Shown: positions 13,032 through 28,227, numbered from the stretch's first letter. The stretch: 64,000 nucleotides of DNA from Octopus vulgaris (GCA_951406725.2 OX597838.1:43772001-43836000); one strand, 5' to 3'. The notes: generated by a model not told the origin, from the letters alone. Program-made: numbers and translations.

Positions 13032-14019
13032 TACTTCAATAGAATGAGTACCCTGTAGACGGACCTCCATCGTGGCCGCGGCCCAATAAGTGAAATAATC
13101 GAAATAGTATGGAGAGTTGAAGCGTTTCTCTACTAAACATTGTCTTATTGATCCAATTTCTCGATCCACAAGGATGTTTCTTCAAATACGAACTAATAAC
13201 CTAGTTTTGATTCCTAGTTCAAACCAATCTTTACTGGTACGTCTCTATCTCTTCCTTTATCTCTCCCTTCCACTCAATCTCCTCCTCTCTCTCTTTCTCT
13301 TGAATTTTGATGATACCAATCAACAGATTGTAACATGCGTACCATATTTAAAATTCTACATCTGTATCCTAATTAGCAAAGAGAAGCGCTTCTAATTCTA
13401 CTTCGGCTAGTTGAGCATTTGTGCATATTAACTTACAATCTCTAAAGCTGATTTATCAGCTAAGTGTGAGAAAAGATTGCTAAATTCAATTACGGTTATA
13501 TGAAGAGCAACAGCCTATAAGTGGCTTAGTTAATTATCGAAAATATGCCATTAATAATAAGTTTAACAGCAACACCTGGACCTTGGGTTACGTTTAGAAG
13601 AGTGCATTCCCCTACGAGCATAACTCCTTCTTACATGCCTGGAGGATCTTCGAAAGGGGTCATGGCTTAGGTATTTGGTCGTCTTATATATCAGCTGATA
13701 AAAACATTAAAGGAAAATTATATTTGTTGATGAGAGTCGAAAGAAAGAATGAGAAAAATACTGACGTTTTATTTATTCCTATAATATATGGATCTATTTA
13801 GAAGTTTGGAGAATAATCGAAAGCTTCTTAGCATCGTTATGCCCGAAGATTGAAAGTTCGTCATTTTAATATTTGAATGCCAAAAGTTTGGGCAAGCTCA
13901 GTGAGTGCTGCCGTAAAACAGGCGAGGCGAAAGGAAGTCAGGGCTTCTGTAAGTTGTACTGAGAAGTCCTTTATGTGTCGAGAAAAATATCTTTGATTTA
14001 TCGAGATTACACTCCTATC

Positions 14020-14240
14020 AGTAAAGGTGTTTAGGGTATTGCACTCGTAAGATTGTGGTTTCGATTCCCAGATCGGGTTGTGCATTCTGTTCTTAAACAA
14101 GATACTTCCATTTCACGTTGCTCCAGGTCAGTCAGCTGTCAATGAGTAACCCACCGACAGACTAGAATCCCGTTCTAGAAAAATGTTGTGACCCCGGTCA
14201 TTTATACGATCTTGAAACGGGTAACCCGTCCTATGAATCC
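14020..14240 (+). mobile_element. SINE family D (tRNA head plus CORE-like central segment), degenerate
   Basis: gtaagattgtggtttcgattcccagatcggg..tttcacgttgctccag..tcagctg. Confidence 0.65.
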
Positions 14241-14450
14241 AAGCCAGTAATGCCCGGTGGTTCATAATGATGATACTCCAACCAAGGAGAGGTACACATT
14301 GTGAAATAAAGTAAGGGTGTGGTCGGGCAATTCAGTATAAGAAAATGAAAAGGTAGAACTTTTCATTTAATAAATTGATGCACCAAGGAACATCTTCATT
14401 AAATCGTTATAGAAATGATTCCTCTGAACTCCAGTTTAGTTGCATGGTAA

Positions 14451-14681
14451 GACGGTGAGCTGGCAGCAACGTTAGCACGCCGGGCGAAATGCGTAGCCAT
14501 ATTTCGTCTGCCGTTACGTTCTGAGTTCAAATTCCGCCGAGGTCAACTTTGCCTTTCATCCTTTCGGGGTCGATAAATTAAGTACCAGTTACGCACTGGG
14601 ATTGATGTAATCAACTTAATCCGTTTGTCTGTACTTGTTTGTCCCCTCTGTGTTTAGCCCCTTGTGGGTAGTAAAGAAATA
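14451..14681 (+). mobile_element. SINE family A, near full length (resembles an octopus tRNA-SINE family). A degenerate second copy follows to ~14875.
   Basis: A-box-like gagctggcagcaacgttag and B-box gagttcaaattcc. More than 10 homologous copies in the window. Confidence 0.85.
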
Positions 14682-15666
14682 AAAAAACCTTATCATGCAG
14701 GGCAAAATACTCTGGCATTTCACCCGTCTTTATGCTCCGGGTTCAAATGACGTCGAGGTTGACTTTGCTTTTCATCCTTTAGGGGTCGATGAACTAAGTA
14801 CCAGTTGAACACTGGTATAGATTTAATCGACTTAGTCCCTCCCACGAATTTGCTGGCCTTGTTCGAAAATTTAAAGATCGATTTAGTTGCACGGGGAAAA
14901 TTATTTAAAGCTTACACCTCAACTTTATCTTTAATCTTTTATTTGTTTCAATCACTGAGATGTGACCGCGGTGGGGCTCCGCGTTGAAACGTTTAGTCGA
15001 ACAGATAAGCCTTGTTCTACATCCGTGATCAATACACTTAACTATCAACTTACCTGGGTGCATTTTATCTGAGCGTTGTTACTCTACTGCAACACCAACG
15101 AATCACCATGCTGCGTCTGCTGTTCTTGTTATTCAAACTCAGATCAGAGTTGGCTTATCATCAAAGAACATCCGTCTCTAGTTTCAGTCTATTCTATACA
15201 AGCACAGTGTATTTAGAACTACATTATTCTATGTTATGGCATAGGATGGTTGCTTCACAATTTTTTGAGAATTTTTTATATTTATGCATTGTTCCAGAAA
15301 CTTTTTCTTCGGGGGTTTATTGAAGTTTGTGTAATTCATCAAAATATCCCCCTTTACACTTTTTCATTTTTTTCAATTTTTTCATTTTCCTACCTTTTTT
15401 TGTTTTATTTCTTACCCTTCTCTTACCTTGTTCTTAAGTTCTTTTAACTTCTCTTAACTTAATCCTCCTAACTTCCTAATCTCTCCTAACGGCTTTACTC
15501 TGATATCTTTTTGTCTATACGGTACCATAAGCATATTACTTGAGATACTCCAGCATATTATCGTATGTGTTAATCAGTTTAAAAAACCTTCATATACATC
15601 ACAGAATCCGGGAAACTGGCCTTAAGAACCTATGTCGCGGGAAGGACATTTGATCCTCTTTCATTG

Positions 15667-15744
<78 letters not shown>

Positions 15745-15748
<4 letters not shown>

Positions 15749-15977
15749 TTCTTTACTACCCACAAGGGGCTAAACACAGAGAGGACAAACAAGGACAGAC
15801 AAACGGATTAAGTCGATTTTTACCGACCCCAGTGAATAACTGGTACTTATTTAATCGACCCAGAAAGGATGAAAGGCAAAGTCGACCTCGGCGGAATTTG
15901 AACTAAGAACGTAACGGCAGACGAAATACGGCTACGCATTTCGCCCGGGGTGCTAACGTTTATGCCAGCTCGCCGCC

Positions 15978-16058
<81 letters not shown>

Positions 16059-16380
16059 GATCTATCTATTTATTTGGCAGGTTGTCTGTTTGTCGGTCTA
16101 TCTGCATATCTCGTGGATTTTCGCATTATAGTCGTCTTCAGTATCTTATTTGAAATATTCAAGCGGCGAAATGGCGGAATCGTTAGCGCGTCGGGTGAAA
16201 TGCTTAACGGCATTTCGTCCGTCTTTACATTTTGAGGTTCAAATTCTGCCGAAGTTGATTTTGCATTTCATCCTTCCGGGGTCGATAAAATAAGTGCCAG
16301 TTGAGCATTGGGGTTGGTGTTATCGATTTACACCCTCCTCTGAAATTTCAGGCCTTGTGCCTAGAGTAGAAAGGAATATT
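15745..16380. mobile_element. Two family A SINEs in opposite orientation (15745-15978 minus; 16161-16380 plus) around (TATC)n
   Basis: Homology to 14451-14681. Confidence 0.8.
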
Positions 16381-17592
16381 CCATTCAAAATGTATTGGCC
16401 AACACGCGGCGATATTAGAAGACCGTTGTCCAAGTCCCCAGACAGCGAGATTGAACCGAGAATCATAGTCTTTCAAAGTGAACTGCTTAACTACAAATGC
16501 ATAATTTAAGTGGTCGTAAACTTTCGCTCAACTTTACTCTACCTTCATACCATAATACCAGCGTGACATTTTTTGTAGCAAAATATCAACTCTTTACTGT
16601 TTTAAGGAATCTCTCGGACAACAGCTCAATGCAGAATCCATTTCTCCGTACTAGAGAATTAGGAAAATATGCAGAATTATTATATATTTAAGATTCCCAC
16701 GAGAAGCATAAATACACGCAAAAATATAGAGTCGATATTAATATTAAAATACACAGCAAGCATCAAAATGCAAACAGCAACATTTCAGGAAAATAAACGA
16801 TATTCTTCTGGCGCACGAATGGAAATCTGCCAATAAACAGATTACTTTAATTAGGAAAAAAACTTAGCACGAAATGTAAAGCACTGGTCTTAATATAATC
16901 ACGAATCCATCTACCAACATTGTGGTGATAAGTATCACATGATTATAGCATTTCAAATATTGGAAACTTGAAAATAAAATGGAAAATAAATTAATAAATA
17001 TACACTGGTAGATATAATCGTGTGGTAGAGAAGGGAATTTCTAAACTGCATTGTCTCAGGTTCAACCTCAAGGTGACATTGAAAAAAGTTTTCTATTCTA
17101 GTCTCGCGTTGATCAATTTCTCGTGACAAATGGAAATAATTAGAATGAAATTGTACGTAATTCGGTAATATATTAGCTGACGATGAGACCACCAGACCGT
17201 ACGGTTTCGAGTTATTTGTGCTCACCCTCATAGCAGGATACCCGTCCGATGGAGGTGGCAGTATTCTGTTCCAGCTCGCAATATATAGAAAAATAAGTGA
17301 CAATCAATGACTGATCTGACAACAGGCAAAGCAGCGAGTTAGAAAATATCTACAAGAGAGGAAAGTATTTTATCGCTTCTTCAATATGGCTGTTCCGATA
17401 ACCAGCAGGGGGAAGCTCCTCCCGGGGTTAAAAATGGTAGTTACGTCGGTTCCATAAAACGTTTACTTCTCAACCAGATCATTCCGAGTTCAGTCCCGCT
17501 GCATGGAAACTTGGGCAAGTGTCTCCTACTATAGCCTTGGGCCGACCAGAGGCTTGTGAGTAAATTTGGTAGGCAGAAACAGAAAGAAGTCG

Positions 17593-17638
<46 letters not shown>

Positions 17639-18607
17639 GAGTTAAACGCAGGTGTTATTCAAATTCTTTTACCTCCGACACATGCTTCAAAGATATCGTT
17701 GGTATTATTCCAAAGGAATAAAATGGTGTAAAGTAATGTAATATTCTCTTCAGGGAAATGAAGAAATAAAACAAACTCGTCAATAAGACATTTTAACAGA
17801 ATATGATGGATGTGTATAATGTTGAACGGAATGCTATTAAGTTTAAAAAAAAACGTTAGAGGACATAACGTCAAAGATAGCCAATAGAAAGAGGAGGGGG
17901 TAAAGGAAAGAAAAAGCAGAAACCAAAATAAATGAGAAATATAGAACGCTTTGTGAATTAAATAAAAGCCTAAAGTCTTGAAAAATATATATCTAGTGGG
18001 AGTGAAATGTAAGAAGAAAACCAATGTTCAAATTATATATAATGGTAGATATCACTTATGTGAACTGAAGATATATTTCTGCCAATGTTTTCATCGGTAA
18101 GCACTCTCTTTAACCGTGTTTACAAGGGGATTTTTAGAAAAAAGAATTTAAAAAATAGCTCACAATTACAGAGACGACAACATTCCTTGCCTTTATCATA
18201 TGGGAACGAAATAGAGAGAATCAACCAATCTAAATTAAATTGTTTATTATGGTCAAATTTATTTACTAAGCCCTGTACTGTTACGTTTATTACTATCCCT
18301 ATTAGTAGAGTAATGATTTGAAATTATTTTAGATAACTCAGAAGAAGAACAGTCTATATAAAAAAAGACATCGGTACCTGAAGTTACACTGGTGTATAGA
18401 GTTTCTAATCTTAGAATTACTAGACATAAACTTATATCTGTTAGAATTGACTTCAGAGACAATAACCTTGTTATTAATAATTCTAGGGGGATGATTGGTA
18501 TTAGCTAAATTGATGTTAGTATTAGTAAATTGATTCTTATTTAACAGACAGATATTATGTGAGGAAATAATTTGTAAGAGATTATTTGTGTTGAAAAAAA
18601 CCAATCC

Positions 18608-18658
<51 letters not shown>

Positions 18659-18659
18659 G

Positions 18660-18839
18660 TTAATCCAAACAAGAAAACAAAAAAACAACAACACAAGGAC
18701 GTGGAACAAATAAAGTATTATTGGACGCTCAGGAAAGAAGGGAAGAAGGAGGGTTTAACGTTTCGAGCGGAGCTCTTCGTCGGAAACATAGGAGAAGGAA
18801 AGATCCCGAGAAGGGAAGACAGAGGAAAAAAATCGCCAG

Positions 18840-18840
<1 letters not shown>
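18660..18840 (-). mobile_element. Small hammerhead-bearing element between microsatellites (second copy at 29260-29480)
   Basis: Two close copies begin gttaatccaaacaagaaa and are flanked by (TA)n or (CA)n. Confidence 0.75.
18753..18787 (-). ncRNA. Minimal hammerhead motif, U4C variant
   Basis: GTTT CCGACGA A GAGC tcc GCTC GAAACGTT AAAC. Confidence 0.6.
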
Positions 18841-18892
<52 letters not shown>

Positions 18893-19266
18893 CGTATGTA
18901 TGTATGCATGTATGTATGTATGTATGTATGTATGTATGTATGTATGTATGTATGTATGCATGCATGTATGTATATATCTATGTATGTATATATGCGTGTA
19001 TGTATGTATGTGTTTTGTGTCCCCGACCGCTGCTGGACAACCGCTATTGATATGCCTACGTTCCCATACGTTAGCGGTTCCGTAATACAGAGCGATAAAA
19101 GAAGTGCTAGACGTAAAAGAGAAGCGGTGGGGTCGATTCATTTGTGAAGGTTTCTTCACTGCGGTGCCACAGTAATATCACAGTCTAATGTTTGAAACAG
19201 GTAAAACATAATATATATATATATGATAATTATTATTATTTAAATGTCACAATACATGTATTGAGT

Positions 19267-19317
19267 GCTGCTACTAGTTTCATATGTTGAGAAAGCTCAA
19301 GCATCATCTTCAGGCGC
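19267..19317 (-). ncRNA. Degenerate hammerhead motif
   Basis: GCGC CTGAAGA tgatgcttgag cttt ctcaacatat GAAACTAGTA GCAGC. Canonical core and palindromic stem III, but the base of stem II is mismatched. Confidence 0.5.
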
Positions 19318-19403
19318 AAAACACGTATAATAACGAACTAAAAAATTGAATGAATAGAATAAATGCGATGAAGCTGAGAAAGCAGCATATAGAAAACGCA
19401 GAC

Positions 19404-19465
<62 letters not shown>

Positions 19466-19619
19466 ATTTACCTTGGTCAAATAGACAGCACACCACCAAG
19501 CTGAAGACTCGAACACAAGATACTGAGGTCGTGAGCTCAGCTCTCTAACTACTAGGTCTCACACCTTCGTAACATTAAAATCACGACACACCGATAATTT
19601 ATATAATCTTTTCAATTAT

Positions 19620-20008
19620 AGGCACAAGGCCTGAAGTTTTGGGGAAGAGATTAAGTCGATTACATCGACCCCAGTGCATAACTGGTACTTAATTTATCGA
19701 CCCCGAAAGGATGAAAGGCAAAGTCGACCTCGGCGGAATTTGAACTCAGAACGTAACGGCAGATGAAATACCTATTTCTTTACTACAGACAAGGGGCTAA
19801 ACACAGAGGACAAACAAGGACAGACAGACAGACGGATTAAGTCGATTATATCGACCCCAGTGCGTAACTGGTACTTAATTTATCGACTCCGAAAGGATGA
19901 AAGGCAAAGTCGATCTCGACGGAATTTGAACCCAGAACGTTACGGCAGACGAAATACGGCTACGTATTTCGCCCGGCGTGCTAACGTTTCCGCCAGCTCG
20001 CCGCCTTA
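19620..20008 (-). mobile_element. SINE family A tandem dimer
   Basis: Two consecutive copies of ...gaaaggatgaaaggcaaagtcga..ggaatttgaac.cagaacgt... Confidence 0.8.
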
Positions 20009-20424
20009 ACCGATAATTTAAATAATACCAACGAATAAACACCAAATGAGACTCTCAACATTCTTTGCCCTCATTGTTACTTTAAAAAGTGTTTTCGATT
20101 CAACCCAATTGCTTCTTGTCTAGTTATCCACCTCACTCATCTCACTCATCTCACTCATCTCACTCATCTGTCTTATCTGTCTCTTCTGTCAATATTGATT
20201 GACAATTGAAAGCCGAAAGTCAGAGAAGGCAACTATATTCAGTCGCATAACACGAAGCTTTCCCGAAACTGTTTTATATTGGCCATCTGAGATTTCGTGT
20301 CTATCAATAACTAAATAATTATTAATAGATTTCACTGCTTTGAACGAATCGACACAGACTCTCACTTTGTCTGAATCGCACTGTCTTATACACACGAGCC
20401 ATTTACACAATAATAATGATAATG

Positions 20425-20467
<43 letters not shown>

Positions 20468-20468
20468 A

Positions 20469-20502
<34 letters not shown>

Positions 20503-20505
20503 CAC

Positions 20506-20556
<51 letters not shown>

Positions 20557-20608
20557 ATAATAATAATGATAATAATAATAATAATAATGATAATAATAAT
20601 AATAATGA

Positions 20609-23324
20609 TAGGTGTGAATAAAAGCCTCTGCATGGCAAATATGTGGCCCGTAACAAACAAACTGATGTAGACAAGAAGCTTCTTGTCTACATCTTACGAG
20701 AAACGCCAGCGCTTCTTTGAACAAAACAAAAAGTTCAACTCCAACCCCAAAAAGTTCTACCAAGAACTTGGCAAAAATAAAATAGAAGTCACTGCAGCAC
20801 CAACGGCAGAAGAATTGGAAGAATTCTGGAGAGAAATATGGTCGGCGAACGAACAACCAAAAAAAGGAGTATCAAAATAACAAACTCGGCATCTGAACAA
20901 CTTTGGATCCCCATAACAACTGAAGAGGTCACCCAGGCACTGCAAAGACTAAGCAACTGGAAGGCACCTGGGCATGACAAAATCCCCAACTTCTGGTTGA
21001 AATATCTAACAGGAATGCACAAAAAGCTGGCTGAAAACTTTAACAACATACTAGCAGAGCCAGAGACAATGCTTGAATGGCTCACGAAGGGGAAAACTAT
21101 CTTAATTCCCAAATCAAATGAGACAGCAAAACCAGAAAACTACAGACCAATAACCTGTCTCCCTACAATGTACAAGGCATTTACTGCAGTGATATCGCAA
21201 AGGTTGAACAAGCACCTGGACGAAAACAACCTGTTTCCAGAAGAGCAGAAAGGATGTCGCAAAGGCTCATATGGCTGTAAAGATCAACTAATGATTAATA
21301 AAGTCATAACTGAAGACAGCCACAGAAAGAAGAAAGGCCTCAGTATGGCCTGGATTGACTACAAAAAGGCGTTTGATAGCATCCCCCACACATGGATCCT
21401 CGAAACACTAGCCATTAACAAAGTAGCACCAACAATCATAAAATTCATAGAGCACTCTATGAATAAATGGCAAACAGTCCTACACCTCCAAACAAAAGAA
21501 GGACTCATGAAAACTAAAGACATCCCCATTAGAAGAGGAATATTCCAGGGAGACACGCTCTCTCCACACCTTTTCTGCTTGGCACTGTCACCTCTATCTG
21601 ATATACTAAATAGAACTGGATGCGGATATAAATGTTACGGCAAAACGATCAGACACCTTTTATATATGGATGACCTAAAACTATACGCTGCAAATGACAA
21701 ACAGCTGGAAACACTATTAAAGACAGTTCGTGGATTTACCAAAGAAATAGATATGAAATTTGGATTAGAAAAATGCGCCAAAGTAACCATGAAAAGAGGA
21801 AAACTAGTTAAGAGTAGCAACACCACACTATATAAAACCAATGAAATAAAAGAATTAGACCAAAGCCAAACTTACAAATACTTAGGAATCCATGAACTAG
21901 ATAAGACACAACACACACAAATGAAAGAGAAAATAAAAAAAGAATATTATAGACGAGTTAGATCAATACTAAAAACAGAGCTCAATGCTAAAAACAAGAT
22001 AATAGGTATTAACACTTTAGCTGTCCCAGTTATAAGTTACAGCTACAATATCCTTAACTGGACACGAAATGAACTGACCAAAATAGATAGGAAAACAAGA
22101 AAAATAATGACAGGATCTAGGATGCATCACCCAAAATCTGACATAGAAAGACTATATATACAACGTATAGAAGGTGGTAGAGGCCTTATACAGCTGGAAA
22201 ACTACTATAAAATAACCACCATAGGACTGCAAAAATATCTACTTCAGAAGGAAGGAAAACTGATACAAATAGCGGCAAAACACGAGCAAAACAAAAAACT
22301 GTTCTCAGTATTTAAGGAAGCTGACAAATACAAACAAGAAATCATACCACCTAATAAATATGAAGAAGAAGAAGAAGAAGAAGAAGATGAAGAAACAACA
22401 AAAGCTATAAAACAAATGAAATCCAAACTAAAAATAGAACAGCAACGAACCATGATAAAACGATGGCAAGAAAAGCCCCTTCATGGTAAATACTGGACTA
22501 AACTAAACGCAAAAGAAATAGACAAAGAAAAATCTCAGCAATGGTTGAGAAGCCCAGGACTCAAAGCAGAAACAGAGGGATTTTTAATTGCAGCACAAGA
22601 CCAAAGCCTCCCCACCAGAAATTACCAAAAACATGTAATGAAAAGAAATATTACAAGTAACTGCGGAATATGTGGAGATGGACAAGAAACAATAAATCAT
22701 ATTATCTCTAGCTGCCCAGTCCTGGCTAAGAAGGAATATATTCACAGACATGACAGAGTTGGAACCTACATACATTGGAAGCTATGCCAACATTATGGAA
22801 TAACAACAGAAAAAAGATGGTATAGGCACACACCAGAAAAGGTCACAGAAAACGAGAAAGCAACCATACTCTGGGATATGCCGATACACACAGATAGAGA
22901 AATTAAGGCTAACAGACCAGATATAGTTGTCAGAGATCATGAAGAAAAAAATGCTTTCTAATTGATGTATCAATACCGGCAGATGACAACGTGTCTCTAA
23001 AAAAAATGGAGAAACTCTCAAAATACAAAGACCTGGAAATAGAGGTAACTAGAATGTGGAATCTGAAAACAGAAACAATTCCTATCATAGTAGGTGCATT
23101 AGGCATGATAAAAAAATATTCAGACAAATACATAACAAAAACACCAGGACTTACAAACACATATAACATACAGAAAATTGCACTACTAAGCACTGCACAC
23201 ATCCTACGCAGAACACTTTCCATACAATAACCATCAGAGCATCACAACAAATCACAGCACATACCCAAGGCACACAGAGCTGTGCTCGGTAGTGAAGTGA
23301 AAGCACGCTATAAAAATAAAACTA

Positions 23325-23327
<3 letters not shown>
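20609..23327 (+). mobile_element. 5'-truncated R4/Dong-clade non-LTR retrotransposon (RT + CCHC + restriction-like endonuclease) in a (TAA)n tract
   Basis: Both flanks are (AAT)n. ORF motifs are listed in the next entry. About 100 bp of 3' UTR. Confidence 0.9.
20838..23230 (+). pseudogene. Reverse transcriptase-RLE polyprotein, nearly intact (frame break near 20880; -1 frameshift in an A-run near 22950)
   Basis: Motifs WKAPGHD, NYRPITCL, WIDYKKAFDS, GIFQGDTLSP, YMDDLKLYA, YKYLG, CGICGDGQETINHIISSC, RHD, RPDIV, then (shifted frame) LIDVSIP..KLSKYKDL. Confidence 0.92.
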
Positions 23328-23362
<35 letters not shown>

Positions 23363-23385
23363 TAATAATAATAATAATAATAATG

Positions 23386-23450
<65 letters not shown>

Positions 23451-23695
23451 CCTTTCTTCTATACGCACAAGGCTTGAAATTTTGGGGGAGGGGTTTAAGT
23501 CGATGACATCGACCTCAGTGTTTCACTGGTACCTAATTTATCCACCCTGAAAGGATAAAAGGCAAAGTCGACCTCGGCGGAATTTGAACTTAGAATATAA
23601 CCACGGACGAAATGCAGCCAAGCTCGACGTCCTGACGATTCTGCCAACTCACTGCACTAATAATGATAATAACAACAACAACAACAGTAATGACG

Positions 23696-23741
<46 letters not shown>

Positions 23742-25053
23742 CAACAATAATAATAATAATAATAATAATGATAAAAAGACACTTTAAGGATCATACGAGC
23801 AGCAGAGTTCATTGTGTGTTTCTTAGTCCTATTCTACAGGCTGTCCCGTCCCAAATACTTAAGTCAACTCACCAATTAGATTTCTATTCATTTGTCCGAG
23901 ACAAAATTTATTAATCAATAATAACTTGTTGCCGACAGTTAATTTTTAATGATGCTAAAGCTATGATTACTCGCACAGGCTAGATGACAGCGAATCGATC
24001 GCTTCAAAAATAGCAATTAAAATAGCTGTCAAATCTAATAAGCTATTCTGTCCAAATTCCATTCCATCAGACCAGGTGACATTAAAATAGAAACAATGAA
24101 CGGCTTCGTAATCAAATCCAGAAGATGATTTTGAAATTGCAGCTGTAATGTTTGATAGAGTTTAGAATCTATGAAATGAAAGCGAGGAACCAGATTTTCG
24201 ACAGTTCGTATCCTCAGACTGACCGGCACTGCACTGTTTCTATGATCAATAGATGTAATTGAAAATATTAATTCTCTTTTTGCTGCTTTATGGGAGGGTA
24301 ATTATGCCAATGATAAACGCACGCGCTGCTTATATTTCATTTCTTTATCATTTATTTATGAATTAGTTAACAATTTAACCACTTAACTAATCGATGATTC
24401 GATTAATCATATATATATTCAATCAGTCATTTCGTCGCCATTCATGACTTCTTCAAAGATATGTCCTCTCTATACCATGTATATATTTGCATATATTATA
24501 TAATTTTTAAATTCATGTCACACATGGAACTGCAGCCGTGCAAAAGTTGAATCGAACATCAAAAATATATTCGGCATTTCCTGGAGGAGAAAACACTTCG
24601 TGATTGGCTTAATTAAATTAGAATTATGGTTTCAAGCATATTGCTCATATCCTTTTTGACAACGTTACATTTTTCCCTCTTAAAATTTATTTCTGCTTCA
24701 AGAATTCATTATAAAAGTAACGGCAATACATATACATACTTAATTACATATATACATACACACATATGTATATGCATATGCACGCGCAAACACACACAGA
24801 CACACGAATGCATGCATACACACACATATACACACACATGCCGTTTATGCTAATCTAACGGAAGCCTCAAAAGACATTTTAAGATCCCCCCAAATCAGAA
24901 CTTAACTGCAGCTCTTGGTGGTCCAAAGCAAATACGCAATCTATGTGGGAGCGTCTTTTCAATACATTGTCTGGTTTAAAAAGCCACGCCAGACGCCAAG
25001 ATAAATCTAAGGTGTAGGCACACGAGATACCCTGCATAAGGAGTAGACAAATT

Positions 25054-25124
<71 letters not shown>

Positions 25125-25169
25125 CATACATGTTGCGCCTCCACTATATATATCAACAAAAAAAATAAA

Positions 25170-25398
25170 CGTTTCCTTCTCGAGCCATGCCAGGCTTATG
25201 AGGGCCAGTTCCCCGTTTTCAATTGGGTATATATTCCCCACCTGAAGGGGACGACGCATTTTTAGCAGCTGAATGGATTGGAACAACACGAAATGAAGTG
25301 TTTTGCTCAAGAACACATCGTGTAGCCCGGCCCAGGAATCGAAACCACAATCTTACGATCATGTGTCCAACACCCTAACAACTAACTCACACGCCTCC
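25170..25398 (-). mobile_element. SINE family D
   Basis: Homology to 44480-44705. Confidence 0.75.
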
Positions 25399-25537
25399 AC
25401 AAACACAAACGCACTCACACATACATACACACATGAACACACATACATGCACACATATATTTACATACAAGCGTACATACATACATACCTACATACATAT
25501 ATATATATATAGATACATGCATACATACATACATACA

Positions 25538-25571
<34 letters not shown>

Positions 25572-26390
25572 CATACATACATGTATATATGTGCATACAC
25601 ACATTCATACACACAGACGCACACATATAATTAAAAAGAAATTTTCCCTAGAATGATAGGAAATGTAAATGTTAGGCAGATATTTGGCGTTCATAATGCG
25701 CAGCTCTGCGTTGTATTGTTCAATTGACATTGTATATACTTGAAAGATATATCGTTTAATAAAAGTGCAGGCGTGGGTAAGTTTAATAGTGCCATACCGT
25801 AACCACGGGTTACCGGGTTCATTAGCGTTAACACCATCATTATAAACATTTACTTAAGATATAAAGCTAGAATTGTTGGAAATAAATCCTTTTTAGTGCT
25901 TCTTTGTGTTCACGACCGCATTAAAGTGAAACTATAGACCTTGTGTAAACTCGATGGTTTCCGGATTAAAAAAAAATATGATGGGACTGTTTTCCTCAAA
26001 ATGAATATTATTAAGGGATAAAAGTAAAATAGTTAACTCAAAGAGAAACGGTTAAATATTATAAAGCATGCATTGCAATTAATGAAGATGGTTTCATCAA
26101 ATATAATGATAAAATTCCTTATTTCTCTATGGCGGTTCCATGGTCTAGTGATTATCTCATCTGTTTAACACGCAGAGGAAAGCAAAATAAAAAACTCGGG
26201 AAAATCAGAAGCGACATTTTTTAAGGTGCTGTGTGACTGTGTAGTTGGAAAGCTTGCAACGTCACTACATAGACTTAGGTTCAGTCAAAGACCAGATGGG
26301 TTGCTCCTTGGCCAAATATCTTCTACTGTAACACCGGACACCAAAGATTTGCCAATGGATTTGGTAGACGGAAACTTAAAAGAATCCCGC

Positions 26391-26468
<78 letters not shown>

Positions 26469-26519
26469 GGTATCCATAAAGTCTCTTTACAATTTAAAAA
26501 AATTATTACAAAGACTATG

Positions 26520-26842
26520 CCAATAGTCTTGGAGACAAAAAGTTTGACTGGTAAAGCTAGCGGTGAGCCTGTATTCATTCCTAGAATTCCACTTATTCCC
26601 TCGGATATGCCTTTCCAGTACAAACGCCTGCATTTCTCTTGAAACTGAGCTTTGCAAAGAGCATTAACAAGGCCTAGGGGCAGTCTTTGAACTTAGTAGG
26701 TCTGAACCTTGTGGAACCAGGTTTCTCCCATGGCCAACTTTATGTGAGATGCTCAAGAGTCAGCAATCCTAACCATTTGTTTATTTATTCCCCACAAGGA
26801 AAGTCTAAAAATGCTGTTTTTCAAGAAGCTCTGCACACTTAA
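26520..26842 (+). pseudogene. Helitron PIF1-family helicase C-terminal fragment (two in-frame stops)
   Basis: VFIPRIPLIPSDMPFQYKRLHFS*KLSFAKSINKA*GQSL..VGLNL..FSHGQLYV.CSRV matches helicase motifs V-VI of Helitron Rep-Hel. Confidence 0.85.
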
Positions 26843-27994
26843 TAAGATTCACCAAATCATCGGTTATTTATTATTTAACTGTACATGCAAATTTAATTGT
26901 ATGTCGACTGTAAAACTAAATGTCAGTCTGTTTCTACATTCATTGTAAATCTATTTCAACACTCTGCGTCCCTAGAGATAATATTCTCTGGGAACGCACA
27001 AAAGCCTTTTTTTAGAGTTATTTATTTTGAATTGTGAATATCTCACATCGGATTAGCCTGTTATTACGTAACATGCTTCACAATTTTTGTATGCGTACAT
27101 TATTGGTATTTCCTTTTAAGTTCTATATACTCTGGGAACACATTAAAGCCCTTTTGGGGGCTACTTTATTTGAATTCTTACTATCGGATAACTAATTTCA
27201 TGTTATTACGTAACTGACTTCACAATTTGGGTATTCATAACTTATTCGGAATTCCAAAAAACAAGATCCTATGTAAGACAGTTCGGTAGTCTCTGTAAAT
27301 GCACAAAAACCGTTTTAAGTGCTCAGTTAGTCTTTATTTTATTGACTCCGGAAGTGAAGAAAGGTAATGTCGACCTCGGCGGAATCTGAACATAAAGATG
27401 AGTTTAAGGATGAATTTAAGGATGGACGAAATATTGACAAGCATCTTCGTCCACCAAGCTAAAGATTCTGCCATAAGCACATCTTATCTATGACAAAACT
27501 ACGATGAATTGACTATTGAGGTTTTGAGGGTACTGGCTCAAAGTAAGAGGCTTATATGGCCATAATTGTGATTGGATAGTTCATATGATCATCCATATTG
27601 CTTACCTCAATAATGAATAATGACAATAAATGTTTGCAGTTGGAACAGCTTTGATGAAATGAAGCAAACGCTCACCTAAAGAAAGAAGAAAAACATGCAA
27701 GTGCGAGATAACGATTAAGAAGAGGCTGTGGCGACATTGATAATGCGTTTTCTACATTCAGACTAACAAGACAAAACAATAAAGACATCGAAGACAAATA
27801 GTGTCAACAGCAGCAATCGGTAAAAAATGCAGGAAATGTTAATTTCTGTATTCACAACCAGCTTCTACAGAAAATTCTATCCTTGTTGCTAAGGTAGACA
27901 TCGATGCCGTTTTTACAAGCCAAATATTACTAGATTAGGAAAAAAAAGAGCAGATGTTTCATACAAGTAAACTTATTTGGTTTCGAAGAAAAAG

Positions 27995-28056
<62 letters not shown>

Positions 28057-28227
28057 GAGAGAGAGTTAGTGAGAGTGATAGAGTGTGAGAGAGAGGGAGA
28101 GAGAGAGAGAAACAGCGAGACAGTTTTCAGTATTTTTGTTTCATCTTGCTTTTTTTCTTGTCAGTAGATAGGAACGAAGAGTTGTGGAGAATTGTAAGGC
28201 AGCGGTGTGTATATGTATGTGTATAGT

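Noticed and set aside
17185-17260. Minus-strand GAAACCGTACGGTC with a short gag/ctc stem
   Set aside because: No acceptable CUGANGA-type core or adjacent stem I.
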